The notes under the pieces were generated by a model. That model ran no database searches and was not told the origin of the DNA. It worked only from the letters and a program-made list of their open reading frames with translations. Of a DNA stretch of 64,000 nucleotides, positions 11,675 through 24,830 are shown piece by piece. The translations under genes and the position numbers were made by a program. Source of the stretch: Leucoraja ocellata (lineage: Eukaryota); assembly GCA_036785375.1 (NCBI GenBank), contig JAWMAR010000391.1:558001-622000 (forward strand), written 5' to 3'. How positions within the stretch are numbered: position 1 is the first letter of the stretch; every line of letters begins with the position of its first letter.

Positions 11675-14114
11675 TCAAAATTGCCCTTTATTTTTGTTAT
11701 TACTTTGAAATGATGATTGGAGTAATTATCTCCATAACTCTTGCTGGCATAACTTCCAAGAAGCTAAAATACTCAAGGGATTCCGCCTATTTAATATTCT
11801 AAAATCTATTTGCTAAAGAGCCATTAATCACAAAATATCCAGTCTTTTAATCTTTCCAATTCAGGTTGCATTTGAAGGATACCAAAGTTGAATCCTTGCA
11901 ACATAATCCTACATTTATCTGGACTTTTACCACCAATTCCTCTGTATACATTGAAAAATTTAGTTCTAAACACATGCATGAAACATATTAATGTTTGACA
12001 TAATTGGAGCTCACAGACCACAGTATAGAGACTATTTTGTTTGTATGGTCAAAGCACATTGCACGAAGTAAGCATTGTTGGCAAACATAATTCTTGTCAA
12101 ACATAAATCAGTGCATTTCCAGCACAGAAATATACTTTGCGGTTTTCAGCAGATCGCCAGTTTACATTTGGGAGCAACAATAAATGGATGTCTGACATCC
12201 ACTCCCTCAAGGTCAACGAGTTGGAAAATAAATTAAGTTTACAAAAATGTTAAAGATGGAAGATATATTTAAGGATAACATTGCAATATCTAACAGAAGT
12301 ACAGGTTTTTATTTGTTACTAAAATGTCATATACAATTAACATTCATTGTTACGAGTGAAGGTGGAAAGAGAATTGCGCAAGCTATAATTATCTTCAGCA
12401 AATTCCCATCACTTGCTCAGTCACTTTGATTACATGATCCTCTCTATTCTGCTCTATGCAGATTTAATTCCAGAATACAATGTTTCTTTTGACCAAGGGC
12501 AAGGGATCCCAATGGCAAAGAAAAACAAGACAACAGCAAAGAGAAAAATGTAAAAATAAATAATTGTTTCATTTTATTTTAAAAGATAATTACACATAAT
12601 TTTACAGTAAAAAGCAATATGATATTGCCAACTAAATCTCTGCTTAGGCTCAAGGTTACACCCAAGTAAAACAGAGATAGCAATGGGAGACTAAAAACCA
12701 CAATGCTCAAGTGACCACATCAAATAACTCCAGAGATTCTAGGCAATTGCCTTGGAGAAAGCCCGAAGAGAAATTACATTCAAACACAAAGGATCAAAGA
12801 TACCACCATATGTCGCAACTTTATATTTTCCCATCTCAGTAAACTTCCTGCATTTCTTTTCAAAATTATGATGAGCAAAGGATTTTTATAAGGAATCTAT
12901 GAACTTCTCAATTAACCTTAATATCTCCTACAGCAGTTAACTTTCCAGGTCCATTTTACAAAATTGTTTTCTAGATGTATTTTATTCCAGAAGAAAACAG
13001 GAATCTCAGTCAATCTGCAAGACCACCAATTGAAAGCTAAGTGCATGAGTCATTCTGGTGCATACCACTGCAACATTTTATTTTCATCTACATAGCTCAC
13101 TTGTTTCTCAGTCAACCAAAGGTAACAGACAGGTTCCACCAAGATGCAGGACAGAACACCACAGGAGATCCTTCTTCCCTGTGGCTATCAAACTGTACAA
13201 TTCCTCCCCCTTCTGTAGTGGGGTAGACTGAGACTGACCCCCCTCCCCCCCCCCTACAAAAAAAGATTCAAAGGTATTTTATTGGCACATGTACCAATAA
13301 AGGTACAGTGTAGGTTCCAGCATCTGCAGTTCCCTCTTAAACACAAGGTACAGTGTAATACGATTTAAACCTCAAATTATGACAGTTCTGCCTTCTTAAC
13401 TGGTCACCAACTAGGCGCAGCATGGAAGATGTCATTAGTCAAACAAATCATGTAGCATTCTTGGTCAGAAAGATTGTGCAGATTACTTGCTTAAGCACCT
13501 CATTGTCATTATGTAATTTTAAACTTTTTCTCCCATTCCTTCATTGTGAATTTTTAGCTGGTTGATCACACAGAAATGAGCTATAATATCTTGCAGCTTC
13601 TGCACTTGCTTTACAAGGTAAACAAGCAAGCTGGAAAAAAAGGCAAACTTTCCCAGGGAAGCTAATGGAAATGGAATTAACACTAACTTCAAGTAAAACG
13701 TTTTTATTCCTCAAGAAGCCATGGACTATCTCAGGCTTACAATAAATTGTAAATTTATTGCAATTTACTAAACACTGACCAGGTGAAAATAATAGATTTA
13801 TTTTGCAAAGGTAAATGTATAACTAGCTTGTGACATTAAAAACAAAGTTCCTGGCTGCACCTTAAATTGATACCTCAGAGATACTGCTGCTGTATCAAAG
13901 TTATAAAATTAGTATGTTTGGAAAATACTGGCCACTCATTGAAAACAAAATCAAACATTCATGATGTGGAATGAGAGACCAAGTATCCTTTTCAAAATCC
14001 TTACTGAGTATAAATTAATAACACTGCCAACAGATCAGGTAACAAAGTTCATTTTATGTTAGAGTGCTTACAAAACAAAATGCAATCAATTATACTTGAT
14101 TTTTTTAAATCATG

Positions 14115-14830
14115 ATTGTTCCATACACCCACCACCCTTTGTGTGAAAAGATTACCCCTCGGATTCCTATTAAACCTTTTCCCCTTCACCTTGAACCTAT
14201 GTCCTCTGGTCATCGATTCCCCTACTCTGGGCAAGAGACTCTGTGCATCTGATCTGTGAATTCCTCTCATGATTTTGTACATATCTATAAGATCACCCCT
14301 CATCCTCCTGCACTCCAAGGAACAGAGACCCAGCCTACTGAACCTCTCCCTATACCTCACATCCTCTAGTCCTGGCGACAACCCCATAAATCTTTTCTGA
14401 ACTCTTTCAAGCTCGACAATATCTTTCCTATAACATGGCGCCCAGAACTGAACACAGTATTCTAAAGGTAGACAAAATGCTGTAGTAACTCAGTGAGTCA
14501 GCCAGCATCTCTGGAGAGAAGGAATGGGTAACGTTTCGGGTCGAGACCCCTCTCCAGATATTCACAATATTCTAAATACGGACTCACCAACATCTTATAC
14601 AACTGCAACATGACTTCCCGATGTCTATACTCAATACTATGACTGATGAAGGTCAATGGCCCATATTCCCCCAAACATTCATGTTCATGTACCTATCCAA
14701 GTGTTGTAATTGTACCCGCCTTCATTACCTCATTCTACATAGCCGACAACCTGTGAAACAATCGACCCTCAGGTCCCTTTTAAATCTTTCACTTTCACCT
14801 TAAAAATGTGCCCCCTATTTTTAGACTTTC
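14115..14830 (-). mobile_element. CR1 LINE fragments interrupted by a Penelope-derived repeat (about 14466-14558, minus)
   Basis: ORF RLGLCSLECRRMRGDLIDMYKIMRG...TRGHRFKV typical of the CR1 ORF2 C-terminus. Confidence 0.8.
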
Positions 14831-14984
14831 CTGCCTTGTGACCAAACCTATCCCCATTTTATATTATAATTCTGATCCAGAAATGTGATTAAACTACTGA
14901 GTTACTCCAGCACTTTGTCTCCATCTTTGGTATAAACCAGCATCGACTGCTCTTTGTTTCTACACAAAGATGAGAGTTTGCCAT

Positions 14985-15330
14985 GCAAGTGATCTCCGTC
15001 TCCAATACACGTCATACCCAGTCTGGGCATCTCGAATAACTGTAAATGCCTGCAAAGTTGTTTCCACAAATTCCTCCAAATCCACTGGCAGAGTTAGTCA
15101 ACCACAACCAGCTTCCTTCCTATATCTCATGTAGAAAATGCAACAGCCTTGAAGACTTCATTGAATCTCATGGCCGTGATAGCTCATGATGAAAATCAGC
15201 ATACGGAAAATCAGCATTAATGATCGAAAAAAATGTACCACAAAGCACCCACCTGCCCTATTAACACATCTTGCCCCACTTGTGGCAGAGTGACAGTTCC
15301 AACATCGGCCTCAGCCACCTTCAAATCCAG
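14985..15330 (+). mobile_element. Degenerate RTE-like LINE fragment
   Basis: tgccccacttgtggcaga (CPTCGR) C-terminal zinc-knuckle-like piece; heavily decayed. Confidence 0.35.
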
Positions 15331-18209
15331 ACAAATGGACCAGAAGCAAGTTTCCTCATTACCAAGAATATCAAATGAAAGTGTGAACCACACTAATTTG
15401 GTTGAATAAATCCACAATAAGCTATGAGAATGGAGTTCAATACTTTCTCTTCATCATTGGAGTAATGTGCTTTGCTTTCTTCCTTATACCGAGGACTTGG
15501 TCTTACATGAAATGCTGTAGCTTGAATTATACCAAAACAAATTCCTCAACAAAAATGGCCTGGTCTCAATAAATCATTAAGGATTCCAAATGCTTATGTG
15601 CCACAATACAACATAGAGGGAAGGGGGGTGAGGAATACCTGACCAAAGTGCAGAAACATGTCAAGAACAAATTTTAAAAGCCGACACACAACCTAAATTT
15701 TTATATCAATGGAAACTTCAAAAATTAACTCAAATAATACACTCCAACAGATAAACTAAAAATATTCTTCAGAACATATTATTTCTTTAGCAAGCAAAAA
15801 TATTATCAGTAATGATTCTTCCACAGGAGAATTAAAATATTAGTGCACAATTTGGTAGGAATGATGATATCTGTCCAATGGTCTGTCTGAAACCCATTAT
15901 TGGTGTTTACATGTACTGATATTATTTAATTTTTACAGAGCATAATGTAAATGCTGATTTTATTGAAATGATAACTGAATTTGAGCATTATTATATTGGA
16001 TTAATAAATAAACATAGAACATGGTATCCAAAGCACCAAGGCTATTAAACATAATTAAGAACAGAAACAGACTCTTTGAAACTGTTGTGCCATTCATCAA
16101 GACTACAAAACCTCCACCTCAGTGCCATTTTCTTGCATTATCCTTACAAGCCTCAAATAATTTCATTTCCAGAAATCTATCAACCTCTTTTATGAAGGCA
16201 ATCAACAACAGAACCTCTAGGACTCTGCGGTACAGAACTCCACATTCTCACCACCTAAGTTTAGGTCAAATTTCTCTTCATTTTAGTTGTAAGAAACCTT
16301 TAAATACAATCTACTTTAGAACCATCATTGTTACATGAAGATTCCATACGTGAAAAACGTGAAAAACTCTTTTGTTAAGAATCCAAGTATTTTGATTTAG
16401 CACTGAATGTTGAAATAAAACAGATGTTTTTGAATGATTCAGTGCAATATTGTGGGCAAAACTTGAAAGAAAAACTTCTTGGCAAATGTTCAGGAAAATA
16501 CATGAGAAATTTTAATCTGGGGTTTGACTATAATCTACAGAATTTGACTGCTCTCCAAAAATGTTTTACACAAAACTGTTTTTAGCTTATAAAATATATT
16601 GTTTCTTGCTGAATGGTGATTGTCCACTGGAATATTTTTGCTATCAGGGATTCCTCTTCAATAGATAGCATCAAGGTATAAAAATAGAAATTTCTGGAAA
16701 TATTCGGGTCAGACTGTATCCACAGATGGATGAAAAAAGCTAATGCTCTTAGTCAACCATTTATCATCAGGATTAAAAAAAAATTAGTAACAAAATATTT
16801 GTTGCACAGAAAGGGTCGAAGGGAAAAGAGAACAACAGGCAAGCCACTGAGACAAAGAGATCAAGGGAGGTTCAGTAAATCAAGTGGTGGCGATGGTGCT
16901 GGCTAAAAGGTGGTAGAGGTTCCTAAATAACAAAATGGTGTATCTGCGGAATGTGCAAATCGGAGATGACAATATTATCAGGAAAGAAAAATTAAACACT
17001 GGAAATATGCACTACCAGTCTGGAATGGCTGATTTTCTAAAATGGTTGAATTTCTAATATGGAATCAAGGAAACTATTGCATGACAAATTGGAAGATAAC
17101 ATACTGATTCTCAAGCCTGCATTGAACAGGAGGTCAAAGGGCCAAATTTTGCATGTCCTGCTGTTGTACAAGGCAATGACATGCAACTGGATGAATGTAT
17201 GTGTGGACGTGGATCCAAAGCATCTGGGGGGGCGGGGAATTTATCCTGTTGGAATGCTTAAGGGAAGCGGAGGAGAACCCAAAACCTTGATCTGGGTGAG
17301 AGAAGAGGGGATGAGAGCTGGTCTCATTAACTAGTGGAGGGCAAAATCATACTTAATGATGATAGTCTCAGCAGGACCTTGCCCTCATTTCATTTGGAGA
17401 TCTATCAGGCACAACACACCTCCTTTACCTCCTCCATAAAGATCCAAAAGGATAATTAGTCAGTTAAAATCATGCAGCGTGGAAACAGACTTTTAAGCTT
17501 TCTGAGGTCCCTCTAAAGCCTTTATTAACTTCATTCACCGAGTTTAGAATATGAAATATGATATTAGTTCTGCCGGCGAAAATGTTGATAAAGAATGTGA
17601 ATAGCCAAGACACTCCTTGCTATCCCACCAGGCACTGACTGCCAACCCAAAAGGATTTGCTTATTCCTAATCTTTGCTTTGTTTCGATAACTATTTCTTG
17701 ATCCATGGTAATTCCAGGGTGGCAGATTATGGAAGAGGAGGTTAGACGTCAATCTGAATTAAAGTTCAAAGGTAAAGCAGACAGAAGATAAGGTACGACA
17801 GAAGTGGGTGATGTGAAGTGGAAATAGGTAGACTTAGTGATACATGGTTCAAAATATAGATCTCTCAAAAATAGCACCAGCGTTGCACAATCTGATTCTA
17901 TTTTGGACATTGAAAGGAAAGAGGTGAAGGAACAACATTTACTAAAGATACATAACTTTGGTTTTGCTGATATTCATTTGGAAAACTCTGGAGTTATCAG
18001 CATAGATTGAGGAAAAGGGTGTGCGTTTTTGGCTGTTGCTATGGGAGGTAAGATGGGAGCTTGCAGATCACAACGTAAGGCGTGTGCACAGGCCCCAAGG
18101 ATATAGCATAAGTAACAATGTGATCAGAGAAGTGCTGGTCATTCTCTGACAATTGCATTGTAAAATAATAAATGTTTTTTCCCCCGACAGAATAGCCAGA
18201 GTAGCCACA

Positions 18210-18678
18210 GGAAGTTCCTGGCGAGCGCCGTGGTGCCGCAAGAGTGGATCCGGCAGCCGGCCAAGAACAAAGACCCGGGCCTGGTTTCCGTTGCAAAGAC
18301 AGGCCCGGCAGACCACTGCCTGCAGGGGGAAGCTCAGCAGCTCGGAAGACCAGACAGTCAAGAAGGAGCCATTGGCAGTGACAGAGGCGAGGAGTGGGCT
18401 AGTAGGAGAGGGACCAGTGCATTGCCTGCAAGGTTGGCTGCTGGAGGCGTCCCCCTGGACAGAGGCAAACAGGCGAGGACCTGGCAGGACCTGCAGCTGC
18501 CGAGATAGTACTAGAAATCCTGTCAGGTGTGCTCCAGTACTTCCAACAAGTGGACTGGACTTTGGACTGTTTCTTTTTCCTTTGCAAACCACGTCAAAAT
18601 ATGACGACTGTGCATTTGTGAGTTGTGCAAAAGAATTTCACTGTGCTGACCAGACGTGACAATGAAGAACCATTGAAT
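18210..18678 (+). mobile_element. GC-rich non-autonomous retroelement with Rex1-type 3' tail
   Basis: GC-rich body followed by aagaatttcactgtg...gtgacaat tail. Confidence 0.55.
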
Positions 18679-19701
18679 GATTACCAAAGCAACATTCAAA
18701 AATATTAAAATCAAGATGATAAATGGGTTGAACATTCATCAACTGATTTATAAATATACCACCTTTAGTTTCCATATGAGATAGTTGCTTTAATTGCATA
18801 AATTGTAATACATTGTGAATTTTTCGCAAATACTTAAGCCAAATATGTTGTATCAGTGTCTTACTGTAATAAACAACATTTTAATGAACATTTCTTTCTG
18901 CAGAAAGATATTGCAATATGCGTGTACTTGCATCATATCCTGGAATTCACAGGAAATCATTAATTTAAAATTCCCAGCATTGCCTATTGTATGAGAAACA
19001 TCCGGTAATAAGTTAAAGGCTGTAACCTGATCTTCTGGTGCAAATGAAGATTAGCTTCCAGCCTTCTATCTCACTGACATGATGCCTTGAGTTATGGATT
19101 ATTCCTTCCATCAAATTACTTATAGTTATTGGAAAATGTATCAACGCCAAGTTCAAACTAAAAAACCATTTACCTACATGGCTAAGTAGCCAATCACAAA
19201 TTCTCAATGAACAGCAAACAAAGGTTTAAAAGGCACAATGTAACATTTCCATACTTTACAAAATAGACACGATTAAAGCACAGAATCTCTTTTAAAGCTC
19301 ATTTTGACACTGCCCATCAAATTTTAAGCTTTTTGCGGTTTACAATTAAACTCAATTGTTAATACTAGAAATCTTCATCTACTCCCTTGATTAGAAAGAA
19401 GGCTGCCAACAATGTAAAGGATCAAATCATTGTGAGCAACTTCAGGTTTCATCACTAATTCACTTGGTTGACAATCCCAGGTTGCTTATATATTATAGTG
19501 TCATGACAAAAATGACGATAGTTTTATCATTACAACAGCAAAGTATCGGCTACTGCCTAATTTTTTTTGTTCAAAAGTTCACAAGGGAATTACATTAGAT
19601 TAATCAGATCCACAAAACTGGCTTGGAAGCAAGTTATCATTTATCCTAAAGGTTTCGAAACAAAAATGATATAATATGAACAATCACAGTCATCTTTCAT
19701 T

Positions 19702-20360
19702 AAAGGACAAAGGACAAAGGACATTTATTGTCACATACACCATTTCTAGTGAAATTTGAGTTGCCATTTGCAACACACCAATAAAAGTAAGACACCACAT
19801 TAAAAAAAGAACATAAAGTCCAGTCCTCTTCCCCTTCGTTCACCCATGGCCGGGCCTATTGAGGCCTCCGCAGTCGCCGCAATGGCGGACCGATGTTCAG
19901 GCCCTCTCGCCGGATGATGGGGCTTCAGCCTCGAGAGAGCACTCTTCAGCGGCTTGGAGCGTCTGGAACGGCCGCTTGCTGCCAGAGAACGCGGCTCCCA
20001 AAGTCCACGGGGCACGCTGGTCGGAGCTCCGACACTGTCGATCTCGGCGAGAGATCCCAGGCTCCGCGGTGTTCAGAGTCAGCGCCGCCGCGGCTGGAAG
20101 CTCCGCAACAACAGCTCCGCGATGTTGGGAGTCGGCGGTCTCAGCACTCCGGAGCCCACCGCACGGCGACTCGGGCAAGGCATCGCCCGCTCCGCGATGG
20201 CGCCCCAGCGCTGTGCCGCCGCCGAAGTCGAAATTCTAGCCAGCCCCGGCAGGAAATGCCGCTCCAGTCCCGGTGGTAGGCCGCGAGGAAGGGGCGAAGA
20301 TACGGCCCAGAGAAAAGCCGCATCTCCGACCAGGTAGGGACTGAAAAAAATAGTTTTCAA
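19702..20360 (-). mobile_element. GC-rich non-autonomous retroelement with Rex1-type 3' tail
   Basis: (aaaggac)3 microsatellite tail plus tttattgtcac...gaaatt at the left end; CpG-rich body. Confidence 0.6.
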
Positions 20361-20714
20361 AGGGCCCATTTCACACTGTACAACCATGAACTGTTATTAT
20401 ATCATTCATCATGATGATGAATTGCAATTTTATATGTTTTTTAAAACAACAGACCCACCCTCCAAATTAATTAATCTAAAATATTAAGGTGGAAATTAGG
20501 TGGAAATGCGCAAATCATCAAACATACAAAGGGATTGCCTGTAAAGACGGTTGTGATTATAAACTCAGTAGAAAAAACTTGGGATTGGAAATCAACCTGC
20601 AATGCAAATAACCCCCCTGAAATGTACAAATCTGTCTGAGACTAAATTGAAAAATTGCATCCTAGCATCCTAATTCACAAAGCCAACCTTATAAATTGGC
20701 TTTCTTACATTGGT

Positions 20715-21020
20715 AGATTAGTTAGAGTTATACAGCACAGAGGTATGCGCGAGTGTGATCGAGTATCCATTTACACTATCCTAAGCCCATTTTATTCTCC
20801 CCACATTCCAAGTTCCAATCACTCACCTTCACATTCTGGGTAATTTATAGTAGCCAATTAGCCTGCCAATGCATTTGCCTTTAGGATGTAGCAGGAAACC
20901 ATCGCACTCTGGAAACCAATGCCATCACAAAGAGAAAACTTCATACATACAGCAATGGAGGTCAGAACTGTACTGAGGTCACTGGAGCTGTGGGGCAGGG
21001 GGTTTACCAGGCACTGCACC
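20715..21020 (-). mobile_element. Degenerate tRNA-derived V-SINE (HE1-like)
   Basis: Homologous to 63672-63964. Confidence 0.55.
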
Positions 21021-22034
21021 CCAAATATTTTTAACTTAACATTTTCGATATTAAATTCAGACTCCAAGTGCATTGCACCCTAAAGTAAATATTTTTAATT
21101 TAACATTTACAATATTAAATTCAGATGCTCCTTTAAATTTCGTTGTACATGGCTCATGTTACAATGACAATAAAGAAACTATTCTATATTCTATTCTATT
21201 CCAAGTAAACAATATGCACTTTCTCTAGTCATTTTAAAGCTTGGTTCACAAACTAATTATGTACAAAATTAACAGGAATCATATTTCACTATCGGTTGAC
21301 ACGAATGAAATATTTAAAACATTTATCCTCCTTTATCCGATGCCCCTGCTGTACAGAATTAGCAAAACAAAAGTGTAAGTAATTTCCAAAATCCTCTAAA
21401 AAATTATATATTAGACTATTTTTGCAATATAAAAATCGAATCAATTCTGTTCAGTATTCTGTTTTACAGCTAGATGCAAAACATGTTTGACTTAGTTGGT
21501 AATTTAAAACATATGCTTTCTCTTTCACAGAAAACTTCAGTGTTACAAATTTAATGTTGAAACAATTGCAAGTCAGGAAGAACAGATGGACTGAAACAAG
21601 GGATTTATAGTCTGCAGTGTGGTATGTAATGATGGAGCAGATGGAATGCATCATCATCAGCTACAACAAGAATGATTTAAGGAATAACCTGGCTTCTCTT
21701 GCCAAGTAAAATGGGATGACAGAATCAAGTTACTGTAGCAACCCAGGTCCACCTATCAGTGAAATTCTACTTTTCCATTCTGACCTTCCCTCCTTAAACA
21801 ATGCATTTAAAAACATATTTTCAATTTATTCACTCAACAATCTGGTGATAAGTTACTTTGGTTTTGAAGCAGGTGACAAATTATTTTGATGTCACATTCT
21901 TTCAAATGCACGCAAGCATGTATTAAAAAAATAAGATGAAAAAATGCAAAGTGATAGGGCCTGGTTGGTGTACTGAGTTAGCACACTGCCCTTCTATCTC
22001 TGTTCAAAGATAATCCAGCCTACTGAGATGACAG

Positions 22035-22129
22035 GTACACAAAAATGCTGGAGAAACTCAGTGGGTGCAGCAGCATCTATGGAGCGAAGGAAATAGGCAA
22101 CGTTTCGGGCCGAAACCCATCTTCAGACA
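22035..22129 (-). mobile_element. Penelope-derived short element, hammerhead core on the TCF12 sense strand
   Basis: Reverse complement reads GT-CTGAAGA-T-GGGTTTCGGCCC-GAAA-CG-TT-GC; atgacag direct repeat at 22028-34 and 22130-36. Confidence 0.8.
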
Positions 22130-23442
22130 ATGACAGTTTCTTCTCATTGACAATCAATGTTCACCAGGAACTAACAGGGAAGGGTTTCAATTTGAAACTG
22201 TACACAAGGATCTAAACTGCTTCCTCATTGAGAGCGGGGAAAAACATGTATTAACAAGAAGGGACAACATGAGTGGTGGGCAGAGAGCACGAAGGAAGGG
22301 GGCAAAATCAGTAACCAGAACCAAGTTGTTGATAGCAACTCAAACTGATACTGGAGGGGTACATAGATCTTATAAAAATAGGCTGATAAATCAGCTTTGC
22401 TTTGCACCTCGTGCTTAGACACATAAAAATGGATAACATATTGCTGCACCAGTTCTAACCTCTTATTCATCTGTACATCATACCTGACCCGAAACATGAT
22501 CTTCCACAAATATTTTAATCAACACACAAGTATAAGATATATTTCCATCACAAAGCAATAGAAAGCTAACTCTTTTACTTTTGATAACAGCAAAACAACT
22601 CAAAGAGCAATCAAGACAAACAAAGAGACCCACAAGTAACTACGTTTGAAAATATACTGTGATGGTTCAAATTGGGATATTTATTGCGATAAAAACCTCC
22701 ACCCCATCTAAGGATTTGATAACTATTCTGAATGGACGTTGAGATTGACGTGCCACTGCCAAATGGTACACAATGGATAATATAGACCATTCAAGATTGC
22801 ACTACCTTCTAACAACCTATTATTTCTATCATTTTCATTAAATTGTGTAAACGTTTGTTGGTACTTCCATGTTATACAAGATTTAAACCTAGGGCTGTGA
22901 ATAGTTAAGGAATTGGGAAAGGAAGAAAGGTAGTTAATCCTCAAAATTCATTAAGCCGTGTTTACAATATTATATATGGTACACTATTATATATGGCAGC
23001 AACACTTATTTAGAAGCACAATTTAAAATCTTTGTTTCTTTATCATTTGTCCAACTGTGAATTACCATTAAATAGCATGACAAAAGAGTGTAGAAAATTA
23101 TTAAATTTCCAGCATTATTAATATGTTAAATACAAATAAAATACAACCCTGTTGGTTTTGTCCATAAATACTAATTTTCTCGTTTCCCAGAAAACATGCA
23201 AAAACAGATAGAGTCATGTATAAACGAAATGAGCCAATATTGAATCATGACACTTCAATCAAGGACAATATTGGGAAAATAAGAATCAACTTCTCAACTC
23301 CCTAATCAAAAAGGGGAATTTGTTTATTGTTCTCACTCTTGATCATCATTCTCGAGTCCATACATGAGACAACAATTAGGAAATTCAATCTTGGTCATCC
23401 GTTAGCATTCCAAAACCCAGCACTCAACTATCAGTAGGAGAC

Positions 23443-23531
23443 GGTCTGAAGAAGGGTCTTGACTCGAAACGTCACCCAATCCTTCTCCAGATACTGCCTG
23501 TCCTGCTGAGTTACTCCAGCATTTTGTGTTT
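23443..23531 (+). mobile_element. Penelope-derived short element with minimal hammerhead and 17-bp TSD
   Basis: GGT-CTGAAGA-A-GGGTCTTGACTC-GAAA-CG-TC-ACC; aactatcagtaggagac at 23426-42 and 23532-48. Confidence 0.85.
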
Positions 23532-24439
23532 AACTATCAGTAGGAGACATTCAGGTAAGGTATGAGATAATAGTCAGTGACCCAGCAGGAAGAGAAATGT
23601 ATATCAACCATACAGAAATGGATAGTATCAATTTTCAATTTTGCATCTTGTTTCAAGATTCTTAATCTCATCCATTTACCAAACTTTAAATATAGAATAT
23701 AGGTTTAAAACAATAGCAGTGGTCACCTTGAAATTCTCACATACCATTACTTCTTGTCCTGAAAATGTAATCAGTGTGTAATATAATGTGGGCCTCTAGA
23801 CTTCATCATTCCATCAAACTAAAGGCCAGGTATTCTTGTTCTCCCCTCCCTAAAGAAACCCCTTCAAACGTTGTGCTTTACCTTGCATCTTTATCTATTC
23901 ACATTCACCTATGCTCAGTTACACTACATTCCAGTTAAGAATTCAAGAAGGAGCAGAGCTAACCCTTTAAGGCCAGCCATGTCCACTCCACCAAGTCTGC
24001 TTCACAAATGTAATAAAAACAAGGTAACAGTAAAACAATAATCGACCACACCACACAAATATTGATTGTTCGGCATCTGGTTCACTGGAGCTCCTCTTCC
24101 CCATGCTGACTTTATATGCACCATTTCTCATGCTTTCTTCAAACACAATAGCTTCACCGAAACTAATATTTATTATGAAATTGGACAATGTGCAAACAAA
24201 TTGAATTAAAAGCACGTTGGCATATTAATAGGATTAATATACAATTTTTCAGAAACTGCCAGTCTAGCATCACTAAAATATCCTGCAATTTACTGCATAT
24301 CCTTTACTCATTCACTCGCCCATGTATCAGCCTCCCCCCCCCCCATCCCACTTTAGCCCCAAATCTTTTGATCTCAATCTTGAATGTGCTGAATAAAAAA
24401 ATCAACCACACCCCTCGAGAGCAGAAAAAAATGTAGATT

Positions 24440-24830
24440 CATGCCTATTTGAGCTTCCCCTTATTCTGAGGCTGCACAGTGGGTTCCAACCTCTAGAAGT
24501 TATAGATGAAAATATTTTCCACGGATTCCATCCTCCCAATTACACTCAGAATATTGTTAGAATGAGATTCAGCATTCCATTCCCATTATATTCCCATCGA
24601 TTATATAGGCCCATCCTATTCAGTCCCATAAGGCGATACCCCCATCCCTGGAATCTGCACATACTGGTTCTACAGCAAACATATCCTTTCTTGGGTTCAA
24701 AAAACAAAACTGCACTCAACACTCTTGGTGTGGTCTCACCAAAGCCATGTACAATTTGCAGCAAAGTTTGCACTCCATTCCTCTTGCATAAGACCAAAAT
24801 ATAATTTGCTTTCAAAATTGCTTGTTGCAC
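24440..24830 (-). mobile_element. Degenerate CR1 LINE fragment
   Basis: Decayed similarity to the reverse complement of 30712-30900. Confidence 0.5.

Noticed and set aside
17100-17320. Possible second Penelope ORF remnant (also 46150-46420)
   Set aside because: Too decayed to recover convincing motifs by eye
18039-18659. Overlapping 85-174 aa ORFs on both strands
   Set aside because: GC-rich repeat body; stop scarcity explains the ORFs; no recognisable domain or splice context
19800-20387. CpG-island-like block with six-frame ORFs, possible promoter or gene
   Set aside because: Carries a retroelement tail and lies in intron 12; best explained as a mobile element
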